DNA from: Syntrophobacterales bacterium GWC2_56_13
Lineage (GTDB): Bacteria; Desulfobacterota; Syntrophia; Syntrophales; UBA5619
DNA: 48,818 nt
Direction: 5' to 3'
NCBI GenBank assembly: GCA_001830835.1
Contig: MICJ01000009.1
Span: 1 to 48,818, forward strand
Part shown: in pieces, positions 24,330 to 32,607 of the stretch
Layout: every line of letters starts with the position of its first letter
Numbering within the stretch: the first letter of the stretch is position 1
Notes under the pieces: model-generated
Told to the model about the DNA's origin: nothing
Databases searched by the model: none
The model's input: the letters and a program-made list of their open reading frames with translations, nothing else
Program-made: the position numbers and the translations under genes

Positions 24330-24509
24330 TTGCAAGGTTTGAAATTCCCTGAGGAGCGTCAGCCGTGGGCATCGAAATCAATTGAAATGTCATCATCGTT
24401 GACGCCCCCGTAAAAGTCACGCGACTGCAAGCGGTTTTGCGGTCATGAAATCTCACCGCCACGATGCGGTCATTGAAATACGGCGGGTTTCACGGAAGCA
24501 TTCGGTCCT

Positions 24510-25829
24510 ATGAGTTTGGCTGAACAAGTAAAACAAGCCGGCGTGGTTGGCGCAGGCGGTGGCGGCTTCCCCGCACACATCAAGGTGGCGGGCAAAGCCG
24601 ACACCGTTATTGCGAACGGCGCCGAGTGTGAACCCTTATTGTACAAGGATGCCGCCGTCATGGAGCATAGAGTGGAGGAGGTGGTGGCGGGCTTGCAGTT
24701 GGTCATGGACGCCGTCGGCGCCAGGAACGGCATCATCGGCATCAAAGCCAAAAAGAAGCGCGCCGTCGAAGCCATCCGAGACGCTTGCCAGGGCACATCT
24801 TTGCGCATGCATCTGCTCGGTGATTATTACCCCGCCGGCGACGAATACGAACTGGTCAACGCAGTGACCGGCCGGCTGATTCCGCCGCAGGGTATTCCTC
24901 TGCAGATCGGTGTCGTCGTAAGCAACGTCGAGACGCTGGCGAACATTGCAGCCGCAGCCCGAGGTGTGCCGGTTACCCGGAAGACGATCACCCTGGCGGG
25001 GGCAGTGAAAAATCCAGTGACGATCACTGTGCCGATCGGCACAACGTTCCGCGAGGCGATTGAAGCTGCCGGCGGTCTGACTACCGGCGACCCCGTGTTG
25101 TGCGTCGGCGGATTGATGATGGGCCAGACCACCGACGACCTGGACACACCCATCGTCAAGACCTCGAGCGGTGCGGTGATCCTGCCGCGCAGCCATTTTG
25201 TCATCGAGCGCAAGCTCAAGCCCGACCCGCTCAAATCGCGCATCGGCAAGTCAGCCTGCGACCAATGCCGCTACTGCACCGAGTTATGTCCGCGTTACCT
25301 GCTCGGCTACGCGGTCGAACCGCACCAGGTCATGCGCAGCCTGGCATTCACCGCTACCGACAAGAGTTACTGGAACCAGATGGCAGTAAACTGCTGCGCG
25401 TGCGGGCTTTGCACGCTCTATGCCTGCCCCGAATCACTTTTCCCGAAGGAAGCTTGTGATGCGTCGAAAACCGAAATGCGAGCCGCGAACATCAGATGGA
25501 CCGGCGCGGCGCCGACCAGACCGCATCCGCTGCACGACGGCCGGCGCGTGCCGATCAAGATGTTGATGAAGAAATTTGCCCTTGAGAAATACGATGTGCC
25601 CGCGCCGTGGCAGGACATCGCCGTCACACCGCGTCAAGTCATTCTGCCGCTGAAACAAGCGGCCGGCGCGCCGAACAAGCCAATTGTGAAAAAAGGCGAC
25701 GAGATCACGGTCGGGCAGCCGTTGGGCGAGATTTCCGACAAGGACCTGGGCGCGATCATCCATGCGCCGATAGCCGGGATCGTCGCCGAGGTCACCGATG
25801 ACCTCATTATTTTGACGAGGCAAGCATGA
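24510..25829 (+). CDS. pduS: PduS-like cobalamin reductase (RnfC/NuoF-like flavoprotein with two 4Fe-4S motifs)
   Basis: VKQAGVVGAGGGGFPAHIK, ANGAECEPLLYKD, CDQCRYCTELCP and CCACGLCTLYACP. Confidence 0.9.
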   Translation: MSLAEQVKQAGVVGAGGGGFPAHIKVAGKADTVIANGAECEPLLYKDAAVMEHRVEEVVAGLQLVMDAVGARNGIIGIKAKKKRAVEAIRDACQGTSLRMHLLGDYYPAGDEYELVNAVTGRLIPPQGIPLQIGVVVSNVETLANIAAAARGVPVTRKTITLAGAVKNPVTITVPIGTTFREAIEAAGGLTTGDPVLCVGGLMMGQTTDDLDTPIVKTSSGAVILPRSHFVIERKLKPDPLKSRIGKSACDQCRYCTELCPRYLLGYAVEPHQVMRSLAFTATDKSYWNQMAVNCCACGLCTLYACPESLFPKEACDASKTEMRAANIRWTGAAPTRPHPLHDGRRVPIKMLMKKFALEKYDVPAPWQDIAVTPRQVILPLKQAAGAPNKPIVKKGDEITVGQPLGEISDKDLGAIIHAPIAGIVAEVTDDLIILTRQA

Positions 25830-26377
25830 ACGGGAAATCCATTGGTTTGATTGAACTCTCCAGCATCGCCGCCGGCTTTGCCGTAGCCGACGCGATGCTG
25901 AAAGCGGCCGACATCCAGCTCATCCTGTCGCGCAGCATTTGCTCCGGCAAATACATGGTGTTGATCGGCGGCGCGGTCGGCGCCGTGCAGCGCGCAGTAG
26001 AGGCGGGTGTCATCGAGGCAAACGGGTGTATTATCGATAAATTCATCATTTCGAACGTTCACGCCGACGTCTTCGCCGCTCTTGGCCGTTCGCAAGTGCC
26101 GGAACAGGTTGGTGCGCTGGGAATTGTAGAATCATTCAGCGTTGCCTCATTGCTGGAGGGGGCTGACGCCGCAGCTAAGGCTGCAAATGTGACGCTGTTG
26201 GAAATCCGCCTGGCAATGGCCCTCGGCGGCAAGGCATACTTTACGATGACCGGCGACGTCGCCGCAGTTCAATCGGCCGCGCATGCGGCCAAGCTCGTGA
26301 TCGCCGAACGCGGCCTGCTGGTCAACTCTGTCGTCATTTCTCGGCCCCATCCCGACGTCTATCGCGAAGTGGTGTAG
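25826..26377 (+). CDS. pduT: PduT-like tandem BMC-T shell protein (Fe-S pore type)
   Basis: SIGLIELSSIAAGFAVADAMLKAADI...SRSICSGKY carries the conserved Cys. The second domain is ALGIVESFSVASLLEGADAAAKAANV. There is a 4-nt overlap with pduS. Confidence 0.9.
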   Translation: MNGKSIGLIELSSIAAGFAVADAMLKAADIQLILSRSICSGKYMVLIGGAVGAVQRAVEAGVIEANGCIIDKFIISNVHADVFAALGRSQVPEQVGALGIVESFSVASLLEGADAAAKAANVTLLEIRLAMALGGKAYFTMTGDVAAVQSAAHAAKLVIAERGLLVNSVVISRPHPDVYREVV

Positions 26378-28134
26378 GCAAACGGCTTCCCCTTGGCCTC
26401 TCTTTCGGACAGGGCCTCCTTTTTTAGCTCCCTCTTCAAGACCTTTCCGGCCAAGTTCACAGGCAGTTCATTACGAAAGACCACTTCCCGAATCTTTTCG
26501 TAGCCGGCCACCTGGGTGTTGATATCATCCATGATTTCTTCCGGGGTGGCCGTTTTACCCTCTTTCAGGACCACATAGGCGCGGGGGTACTCAGTAACGG
26601 CCGGGTCGGGAATGCCGATGACCGCCGCCTCCTTGATCTTGGGATGCTGATAGAGGATCTCCTCCAGGTTTCTGGGAAATACGTTGTAGCCTTTATACTT
26701 GATCATGTCCTTGATGCGGTCCACGATGTAAAGGTAACCGTCATTGTCCAACTTGCCGATGTCGCCCGAGTGAAGCCAGCCATCTTTTAAGGCCCTGGCC
26801 GTCTCTTCGGGCTTGTTCCAGTAGCCTTTCATGACCTGGGGCCCCTTCTGGAGGATCTCCCCTTCTTCGCCGATGGGCATTTCTTTAGTATCATCGGTCA
26901 AGTCCACAATTTTGATCTCGGAATCGAAAATGGGAATACCGACGGAGCCTGGTTTGCGGACCGCTTCCCTGGCGGCCGGATTGAGACAAATGGCCATGGT
27001 GCACTCGGTCATCCCATAGCCCTCCACAAAAACCCCTCCGATGACTTCTTTCATCTTGTTCAAATATTCTACCGGCAGGGGGCCGGCTCCGCTGGCGGCG
27101 ATTTTGACTTTCATGAAATAAGGAGCATACTTGGGAAAATCCGGATGATTCAGCAAGGAGGTATAAATCGGAGGCGCGCCGCCCATGGCCTCGATCGGGT
27201 ACTTCTTGAGGACTTTCAAATACTCGCCCGGATCGAATCTCGGGAGTATGTAAGTGGTCGTACCGACGAAGATTGGATAGTTTAAATAAGCGACGGTCCC
27301 CATGGCATGAAACCAGGGAACAACATTGACGGCCATAAAGTGCGAGCCTTGGGCGTTGCAGTTTTCCGGTGTGAGGTCCTCAATAACCCTATTTCCAAAG
27401 GTGGAGGCGTTCCAATTAATAACCTGGCTGACGTTAACGATGGTATTGTAGTGCGTAATCACGGCGCCCTTGGAAAGCCCCGTGGTCCCGCCGGTATAGG
27501 CCAGAACCGCCACGTCCTCCTTTCCATGGATTATCACCTGGGGTGGATTGGGCGGATATTTGGCCAGGAGATCTTTGAAGAGGTAGATTCCAGCAGCGGA
27601 ATCGCTTTTAATGGATGCAATATTTTTTCTTTTAAGAAGCAGGAAGCCGTATTTTTTTACCGCGGGAAGGGCTTCATCCAGGCCGGAGACGATGATTCTC
27701 TTCAGACCGGTTTGGTCCTTGACCTTGAGCAGCTTATTCATGAGGAGATTGAGTTTGAGTGTGATGAGGGTCTCAGCCCCGGAGTCGTCGATTTGGTATT
27801 TGAGCTCCGCTTCGCTGTTCAGGGGCGAGCACATGGTCAGGATGGCCCCAATTTTCAAAGCTGCGTAATAGGCCACGGCAAACTGGGGGCAATTGGGCAT
27901 GAACAGGGCCACCCGGTTCCCCTTTTTTACACCCAGGTCGGCCAGGGCCGTGGCCAGCCTCAGGGATTGATCGTGCAGTTCCCGGTAGGTCATGGCCTTT
28001 CCCATGAAAATGAAAACCGTCCGCTCCGGAAACCTTCTAACGCTGGCCTCCATGAAATCAACGACGCTGCCCTCGTAGTACTTCAAAGACTTGGGATAAA
28101 CGTCGGGCCACAACTTGTGCCAAGGTTTTTCCAT
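26359..28134 (-). CDS. AMP-forming acyl-CoA synthetase (long/medium-chain fatty-acid-CoA ligase type)
   Basis: LAYTGGTTGLSKGAVITH (AMP-binding motif), EGYGMTE, WLHSGDIGKLDNDGYLYIVDRIKDMIK and LAGKVLKRELK. An AGGAGG SD is present. Confidence 0.85.
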   Translation of the reverse strand: MEKPWHKLWPDVYPKSLKYYEGSVVDFMEASVRRFPERTVFIFMGKAMTYRELHDQSLRLATALADLGVKKGNRVALFMPNCPQFAVAYYAALKIGAILTMCSPLNSEAELKYQIDDSGAETLITLKLNLLMNKLLKVKDQTGLKRIIVSGLDEALPAVKKYGFLLLKRKNIASIKSDSAAGIYLFKDLLAKYPPNPPQVIIHGKEDVAVLAYTGGTTGLSKGAVITHYNTIVNVSQVINWNASTFGNRVIEDLTPENCNAQGSHFMAVNVVPWFHAMGTVAYLNYPIFVGTTTYILPRFDPGEYLKVLKKYPIEAMGGAPPIYTSLLNHPDFPKYAPYFMKVKIAASGAGPLPVEYLNKMKEVIGGVFVEGYGMTECTMAICLNPAAREAVRKPGSVGIPIFDSEIKIVDLTDDTKEMPIGEEGEILQKGPQVMKGYWNKPEETARALKDGWLHSGDIGKLDNDGYLYIVDRIKDMIKYKGYNVFPRNLEEILYQHPKIKEAAVIGIPDPAVTEYPRAYVVLKEGKTATPEEIMDDINTQVAGYEKIREVVFRNELPVNLAGKVLKRELKKEALSEREAKGKPFAYTTSR

Positions 28135-28256
28135 GATTGCCTCCTGCTTTCTTCGACTCTTCCTGCCGGCACATGCGTTAAACGCACTCCTCAGCGGATC
28201 GGAGAAATGGGTTCTTCCGTACGGAGGTCGGCCTTCCGGGCATCTGCTCCTCTGTC

Positions 28257-29441
28257 TTACAATCTTCCCGCCTTGAATAGGGCCACGGCGCTTTCGTAGA
28301 CGTGCCGGACCGCCACGCCGTGTTCGATTGCGGCCCTTTTGCAGTCCTCGTACTCGGGGGAGGCCGTGATCACCCTGCCGTCCCGCTCCCCGATCTTGAT
28401 CCGGATCTTCCCGAACGCCGTGACGACTTCCTCCCAGCGGCGATCAAGGCAGATGCGCTCCCACCGGGAGATCCTGACGCCGAACGTCGAGGTCTCGGCC
28501 AGGACGACGGCCGCGATCGCCTCCGCCCGGCCCGGATCGCAGATCACCGACAGGAGCGTCCCCGGCCGGTTCTTCTTCATCTGGATCGGGCTCATGAAGA
28601 CGTCGAGTGCGCCCGCGGCGAAAAGCCGCTCCATGGCGGTTTCATAGAACTGGGGATTGAGATCGTCGATGCTCGTCTCGATGACGGAGACGCCTTCGGG
28701 ACCGGATCCGGAAACAGAAGCGGACTCCTCTCCGAGTATGACCCTAAGCACGTTAGGAATGCCGAAATCGCTCTTTCCGGCGCCGTAGCCGATGCTCACG
28801 ATGGTCATGGCGGGAAGCGGTCCGAAACCGGAGGCGAGTTCCCTGATGATCGCCGCGCCGGTCGGCGTAACCAGTTCCCCTTCGATGTCGAGCTTCCGCC
28901 AGGGAACCCCCCGCAGGATCTCGGCGGTGGCCGGCGCGGGCAGCGGAAAGACGCCGTGGGAGCCCGTCACGTAGCCATGAAAGGTAGGCATCGGACTGGC
29001 GATGACCTTCGGCCAGCCGAGCATCTCGAGACAGATGGCCGCGCCGACGATGTCGACGATGGCGTCCACCCCCCCTACCTCGTGGAAATGCACCTCTTCC
29101 GGAGAGCTGCCGTGCACCCTGCCTTCGGCATCGGCAAGTCTCCTGAAGATGCGCTCGGCCGTCTGCTTCACCCTTTCGGAGAAGTCTGCTTTATGGATCG
29201 TCTTCAGTATCTCCTTTAGACGCCGGCGCTCGTGGTGATGGTGATCGTCGAGGACCACGCGGACGTCCGTTGCCTCGATGTATCCATTGATCTTCCTGCC
29301 GATCTCGATTCTGTAACCCCCGATGCCGAGGCCGGCGAGTTTGTCCCGGAACTGCTCCGGGTCCGCTCCCGCGGCGATGAGCGCCCCGAGCGTCATATCG
29401 CCGCTGATTCCTGCGAAACAGTCGAAATAGGCAATCAACAT
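28257..29441 (-). CDS. larC: Nickel insertion protein LarC (DUF111), single uninterrupted ORF
   Basis: YFDCFAGISGDMTLGALI, HFHEVGGVDAIVDIVG, LVTPTGAAI and a His-rich DDHHHHERR stretch. Confidence 0.9.
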   Translation of the reverse strand: MLIAYFDCFAGISGDMTLGALIAAGADPEQFRDKLAGLGIGGYRIEIGRKINGYIEATDVRVVLDDHHHHERRRLKEILKTIHKADFSERVKQTAERIFRRLADAEGRVHGSSPEEVHFHEVGGVDAIVDIVGAAICLEMLGWPKVIASPMPTFHGYVTGSHGVFPLPAPATAEILRGVPWRKLDIEGELVTPTGAAIIRELASGFGPLPAMTIVSIGYGAGKSDFGIPNVLRVILGEESASVSGSGPEGVSVIETSIDDLNPQFYETAMERLFAAGALDVFMSPIQMKKNRPGTLLSVICDPGRAEAIAAVVLAETSTFGVRISRWERICLDRRWEEVVTAFGKIRIKIGERDGRVITASPEYEDCKRAAIEHGVAVRHVYESAVALFKAGRL

Positions 29442-29491
29442 CGGTGAATGCTCCCGAAAAAAATCTGTAAAATACTCAGTTTACGAAGCCG

Positions 29492-30250
29492 TCATCGGTT
29501 CACCAGGTGCGCGAAATAGCCGGCCCCGAAGCCGTTGTCGATGTTCATGACGGCGACGCCGGCGGCGCAGGAGTTGAGCATCGCCAGCAGCGCGGCAAGC
29601 CCTCCGAAGCTCGCGCCGTAGCCGACGCTCGTCGGAACGGCGATCACCGGACAGGCGACCATTCCCCCGACGACGCTCGGAAGCGCCCCCTCCATCCCGG
29701 CCACGACGATCAGGACGTTCGCCTGCATGATCCTGTCCTTCTGGTCGAAAAGTCGGTGCAGGCCGGCGACGCCAACGTCGTAGGCGCGCTCGACCCGGCT
29801 GCCCATCGACTCCGCCGTGACCGCGGCCTCCTCCGCCACGGGGAGGTCAGCCGTCCCCGCGCAGAGTACCATCACGTACTTTCCGTCTTCAGCCGCCTTT
29901 TTGGTCTTCACCTTTGACCCGTCGACAACCAGGAGCCGAGCGACGCCGTGGTAGGTGCAACCTGCGACAGTTCCGGCTATTTTCTCGGCGACGTCAGGCG
30001 CCACGCGGGTCGCGAGGACTTTTACGTGGTGTCCGGCGAGCCTTTTTACGATTTCGACGGCCTGCTCGCTGGTTTTCCCCTGGCAGAAAACGACCTCCGG
30101 GAAACCGGTGCGGATGCTGCGGTGCAGATCGATCTTCGCGTATCCTACATCATCATAGGGAAGGGTGCGCAGGCTGTTGAACGCCTCATCGACGGGCAGA
30201 TCGCCGGATTTCACCTTTTCGAGGATTTTTTTGAGCCGCTTGGAATCCAT
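29492..30250 (-). CDS. larB: LarB (AIR-carboxylase-like NaAD carboxylase/hydrolase)
   Basis: GYAKIDLHRSIRTGFPEVVFCQGKT, CAGTADLPVAEEA, VVAGMEGALPSVVGG and PTSVGYGA. Confidence 0.9.
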   Translation of the reverse strand: MDSKRLKKILEKVKSGDLPVDEAFNSLRTLPYDDVGYAKIDLHRSIRTGFPEVVFCQGKTSEQAVEIVKRLAGHHVKVLATRVAPDVAEKIAGTVAGCTYHGVARLLVVDGSKVKTKKAAEDGKYVMVLCAGTADLPVAEEAAVTAESMGSRVERAYDVGVAGLHRLFDQKDRIMQANVLIVVAGMEGALPSVVGGMVACPVIAVPTSVGYGASFGGLAALLAMLNSCAAGVAVMNIDNGFGAGYFAHLVNR

Positions 30251-30264
30251 TCTCCTTACCCCCG

Positions 30265-31089
30265 TTATGCCTTCTTCTCCCTGCCCAGAACGGCGTTCAT
30301 GCTTCCCATCCGGTAGCCGTTTAGATCCAGGGTCGTATAAAGATACTCCAATTCCTTGAACTTTTCCGTCACCTGCCGCCTGATTTCAGGAGACGCGAGG
30401 CGCGGTATTTCCTCGGCCTCGACCTCGATCCGCGCAATATCCCCATGGTGCCGGACCCTCACCTGCCGGAAACCCAGTTCCTTCATGAACCGCTCCGCTT
30501 TGTCGAGACGCCGGAGAATATCACGGTCGATCTTCGTACCGTAAGGAATGCGGGAAGAAAGGCAGGCGAACGACGGCTTATTCCAGGTCGGGAGTCCCAT
30601 CCGACGCGATATTTCGCGGATATCTTTCTTGGTAAAGCCGGCTTCGCGCAGCGGGCTCCTGACCCCGAGCTCCGCAGCGGCGCGTTTGCCCGGCCTGTAG
30701 TCGTCCAGATCGTCGACGTTTGCACCATCGGCTACCCGGTTGATGCCGTGTTCCCTGCCGATCTCGACAAGCCTGCCGAACAGCTCTCTCTTGCAGAAGA
30801 AGCATCGGTCGGGGGTGTTGGCCGCGAAGTCTTCGTTTTCAAGTTCGCTGGTTTCTATCCTGGTCACGGTGAGCCCCAGCTTGCCGGCTGTTTCCAAAGC
30901 TTCCTCTTCTTCCGATAGGGGATAGGTTTCCGAAGAGGCCAACACATATAACGCGCGATCCCCCAGGACCTCCTTAGCCACGGCCGCGAGCAGCGTGCTG
31001 TCGCCGCCGCCGGAGTAGCCGATGACCACGCCTCCCATTTCTGTCAATAATGAGCGAAGTCGCTCAAGCTTAGAATCGATTGTTTCCAT
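30265..31089 (-). CDS. larE: LarE (PP-loop ATP-dependent sacrificial sulfur transferase)
   Basis: VVIGYSGGGDSTLL is the PP-loop. Further matches are RCFFCKRELF, ACLSSRIPYG and RVRHHGDIARIE. Confidence 0.9.
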   Translation of the reverse strand: METIDSKLERLRSLLTEMGGVVIGYSGGGDSTLLAAVAKEVLGDRALYVLASSETYPLSEEEEALETAGKLGLTVTRIETSELENEDFAANTPDRCFFCKRELFGRLVEIGREHGINRVADGANVDDLDDYRPGKRAAAELGVRSPLREAGFTKKDIREISRRMGLPTWNKPSFACLSSRIPYGTKIDRDILRRLDKAERFMKELGFRQVRVRHHGDIARIEVEAEEIPRLASPEIRRQVTEKFKELEYLYTTLDLNGYRMGSMNAVLGREKKA

Positions 31090-31269
31090 AACACCTTACC
31101 CCTTAACTCCCTACCCCTCTCTCCTTATTTCTTCTTGCCTTCAAAGAAAGACGATCAGGGCAGCCTTTCTTTGACAAGAGTCCTCTTTTTGTCGGAGAGA
31201 AGTATGGGATAAACGACCTCGTGTGTCAAAGTTTTTTTCCACACAAGTTTTTTTCCGCACAAGGAGGGT

Positions 31270-31494
31270 GTGAAACGGTTTCTGGGACCGGAGGCCATTG
31301 CAGGTGTCGCCGCGGGTCTTGAAGTACCCTTCACCGTCATGGGAGGCATTTCCGGCGCCAACATTGGGCAGGTGCTCGCCGAGGGGGCGCGCAGGGTAGC
31401 CGTGGTTACGGCAGTCACCACGGCCGTAGATATGGCCGGAACGGTCGCCTTCCTGAGAGAAAAGATCAGACAGGCCGGGTCGATGGGGGGATGA
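31270..31494 (+). pseudogene. thiE: Isolated 3' fragment (last third, about 74 codons) of a thiamine-phosphate synthase gene
   Basis: VPFTVMGGISGANIGQVLAEGARRVAVVTAVTTAVDMAGTVAFLREKI matches the ThiE C-terminus (xxAIGGI...GAxGVAVVSAI). No coding sequence for the first ~130 aa is seen upstream in any frame. Confidence 0.6.
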
Positions 31495-31611
31495 ACTCCC
31501 GATTGAACTATTGAAAACATTATAATAACGGGAAGATACGAAGAGAACCCCTCTGTGTCGGAGGTTTCTGGCGCGGGCCCGACGCCGGGACCGGTCACAC
31601 GGGGGGACATG

Positions 31612-32607
31612 TTAGGTGTTGCAGAGATCCTCGACCGTCTTCACCAGCCCCTTGAGGAGCCGGCTCATCCGGTCGAAATCGAGCGTCGCGATGGTGTCCC
31701 TTTCGCCGTGGTAGTTCGGGTTTCGGTAGAAGGCCGTATCGGTGATCATCGCGGCCGGCCAGCCGAACTCCCAGAAGGACCGGTGGTCGGAGAAGTCGAC
31801 GCCGGGGACGAAGCCCATCGTGGCGAGGGTCTCCACAGGGATATCGCACCCCCGCTTCAGCAAGCCGGCGATCCGCCGGACCAGACCCGCCGAATTGAGA
31901 TTACCCACGACGGCGATGAAGTCGGGCGTCGTCGAGAACATCAGGCCCATTAGGGGGAGGGGGAAGGCCTGCCCCCCCTTCTTTTCGCTGTAGTATCCGA
32001 GCATCTCGAGGGAGATCATGGCGCTGATCTTCTCCCCGGCGGCCTTCGCCTCCCTGGCGCAGACCGCGCTTCCCATGAATGGGGTCCGAAAGGCGGGAGG
32101 CTCCTCGAGGACGAAGAAGACCATCTTCAGGGTCCTTCCGGGCGAGGAACCCTTCAGTATCCGGCAGATCTCGAGCAGAACGGCCACGCCGCTCGCGTTG
32201 TCGTCGGCGCCGGGCGTTCCGTCCACCGTGTCATAATGGGCGCCGATCAGAACCGTCTCTTCCCTCTTTCCCGTCCCCGGGATCGAGATGATCACGTTGC
32301 TGAACGGTCTCCCCCGGTAGTCATAAGTCTGGAGAATGGGGTCGTACCCGAGCGCCCTGAGCGTGGCGAAAATATACCGCCGGGTCGCTTCGATATTTGA
32401 GTAATCCAGGACGCTGCGCGGGCCGATCAGGATGCTGAGTTCTTCCACATGAGCGCGGAGGCGACCGATCTCTTCGGGAGCAGCGGCGGGTAGAGGAGGG
32501 GAGACGGAAGGCGCCCCGCGGATCCTCAGGACTGGGTAGGCGATCAGGGCGGCGATGCCCAGAAGGACGAGCAGGACGGCGGTGATCATCTTTTTCTTCA
32601 TGGTCAT
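31612..32607 (-). CDS. M28-family zinc aminopeptidase with an N-terminal membrane anchor or signal
   Basis: LIGAHYDTVDGTPGADDNASGVAVLLE, LEEPP and SDHRSFWEFGWPA. The N-terminus is MKKKMITAVLLVLLGIAALIA. Confidence 0.85.
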   Translation of the reverse strand: MTMKKKMITAVLLVLLGIAALIAYPVLRIRGAPSVSPPLPAAAPEEIGRLRAHVEELSILIGPRSVLDYSNIEATRRYIFATLRALGYDPILQTYDYRGRPFSNVIISIPGTGKREETVLIGAHYDTVDGTPGADDNASGVAVLLEICRILKGSSPGRTLKMVFFVLEEPPAFRTPFMGSAVCAREAKAAGEKISAMISLEMLGYYSEKKGGQAFPLPLMGLMFSTTPDFIAVVGNLNSAGLVRRIAGLLKRGCDIPVETLATMGFVPGVDFSDHRSFWEFGWPAAMITDTAFYRNPNYHGERDTIATLDFDRMSRLLKGLVKTVEDLCNT

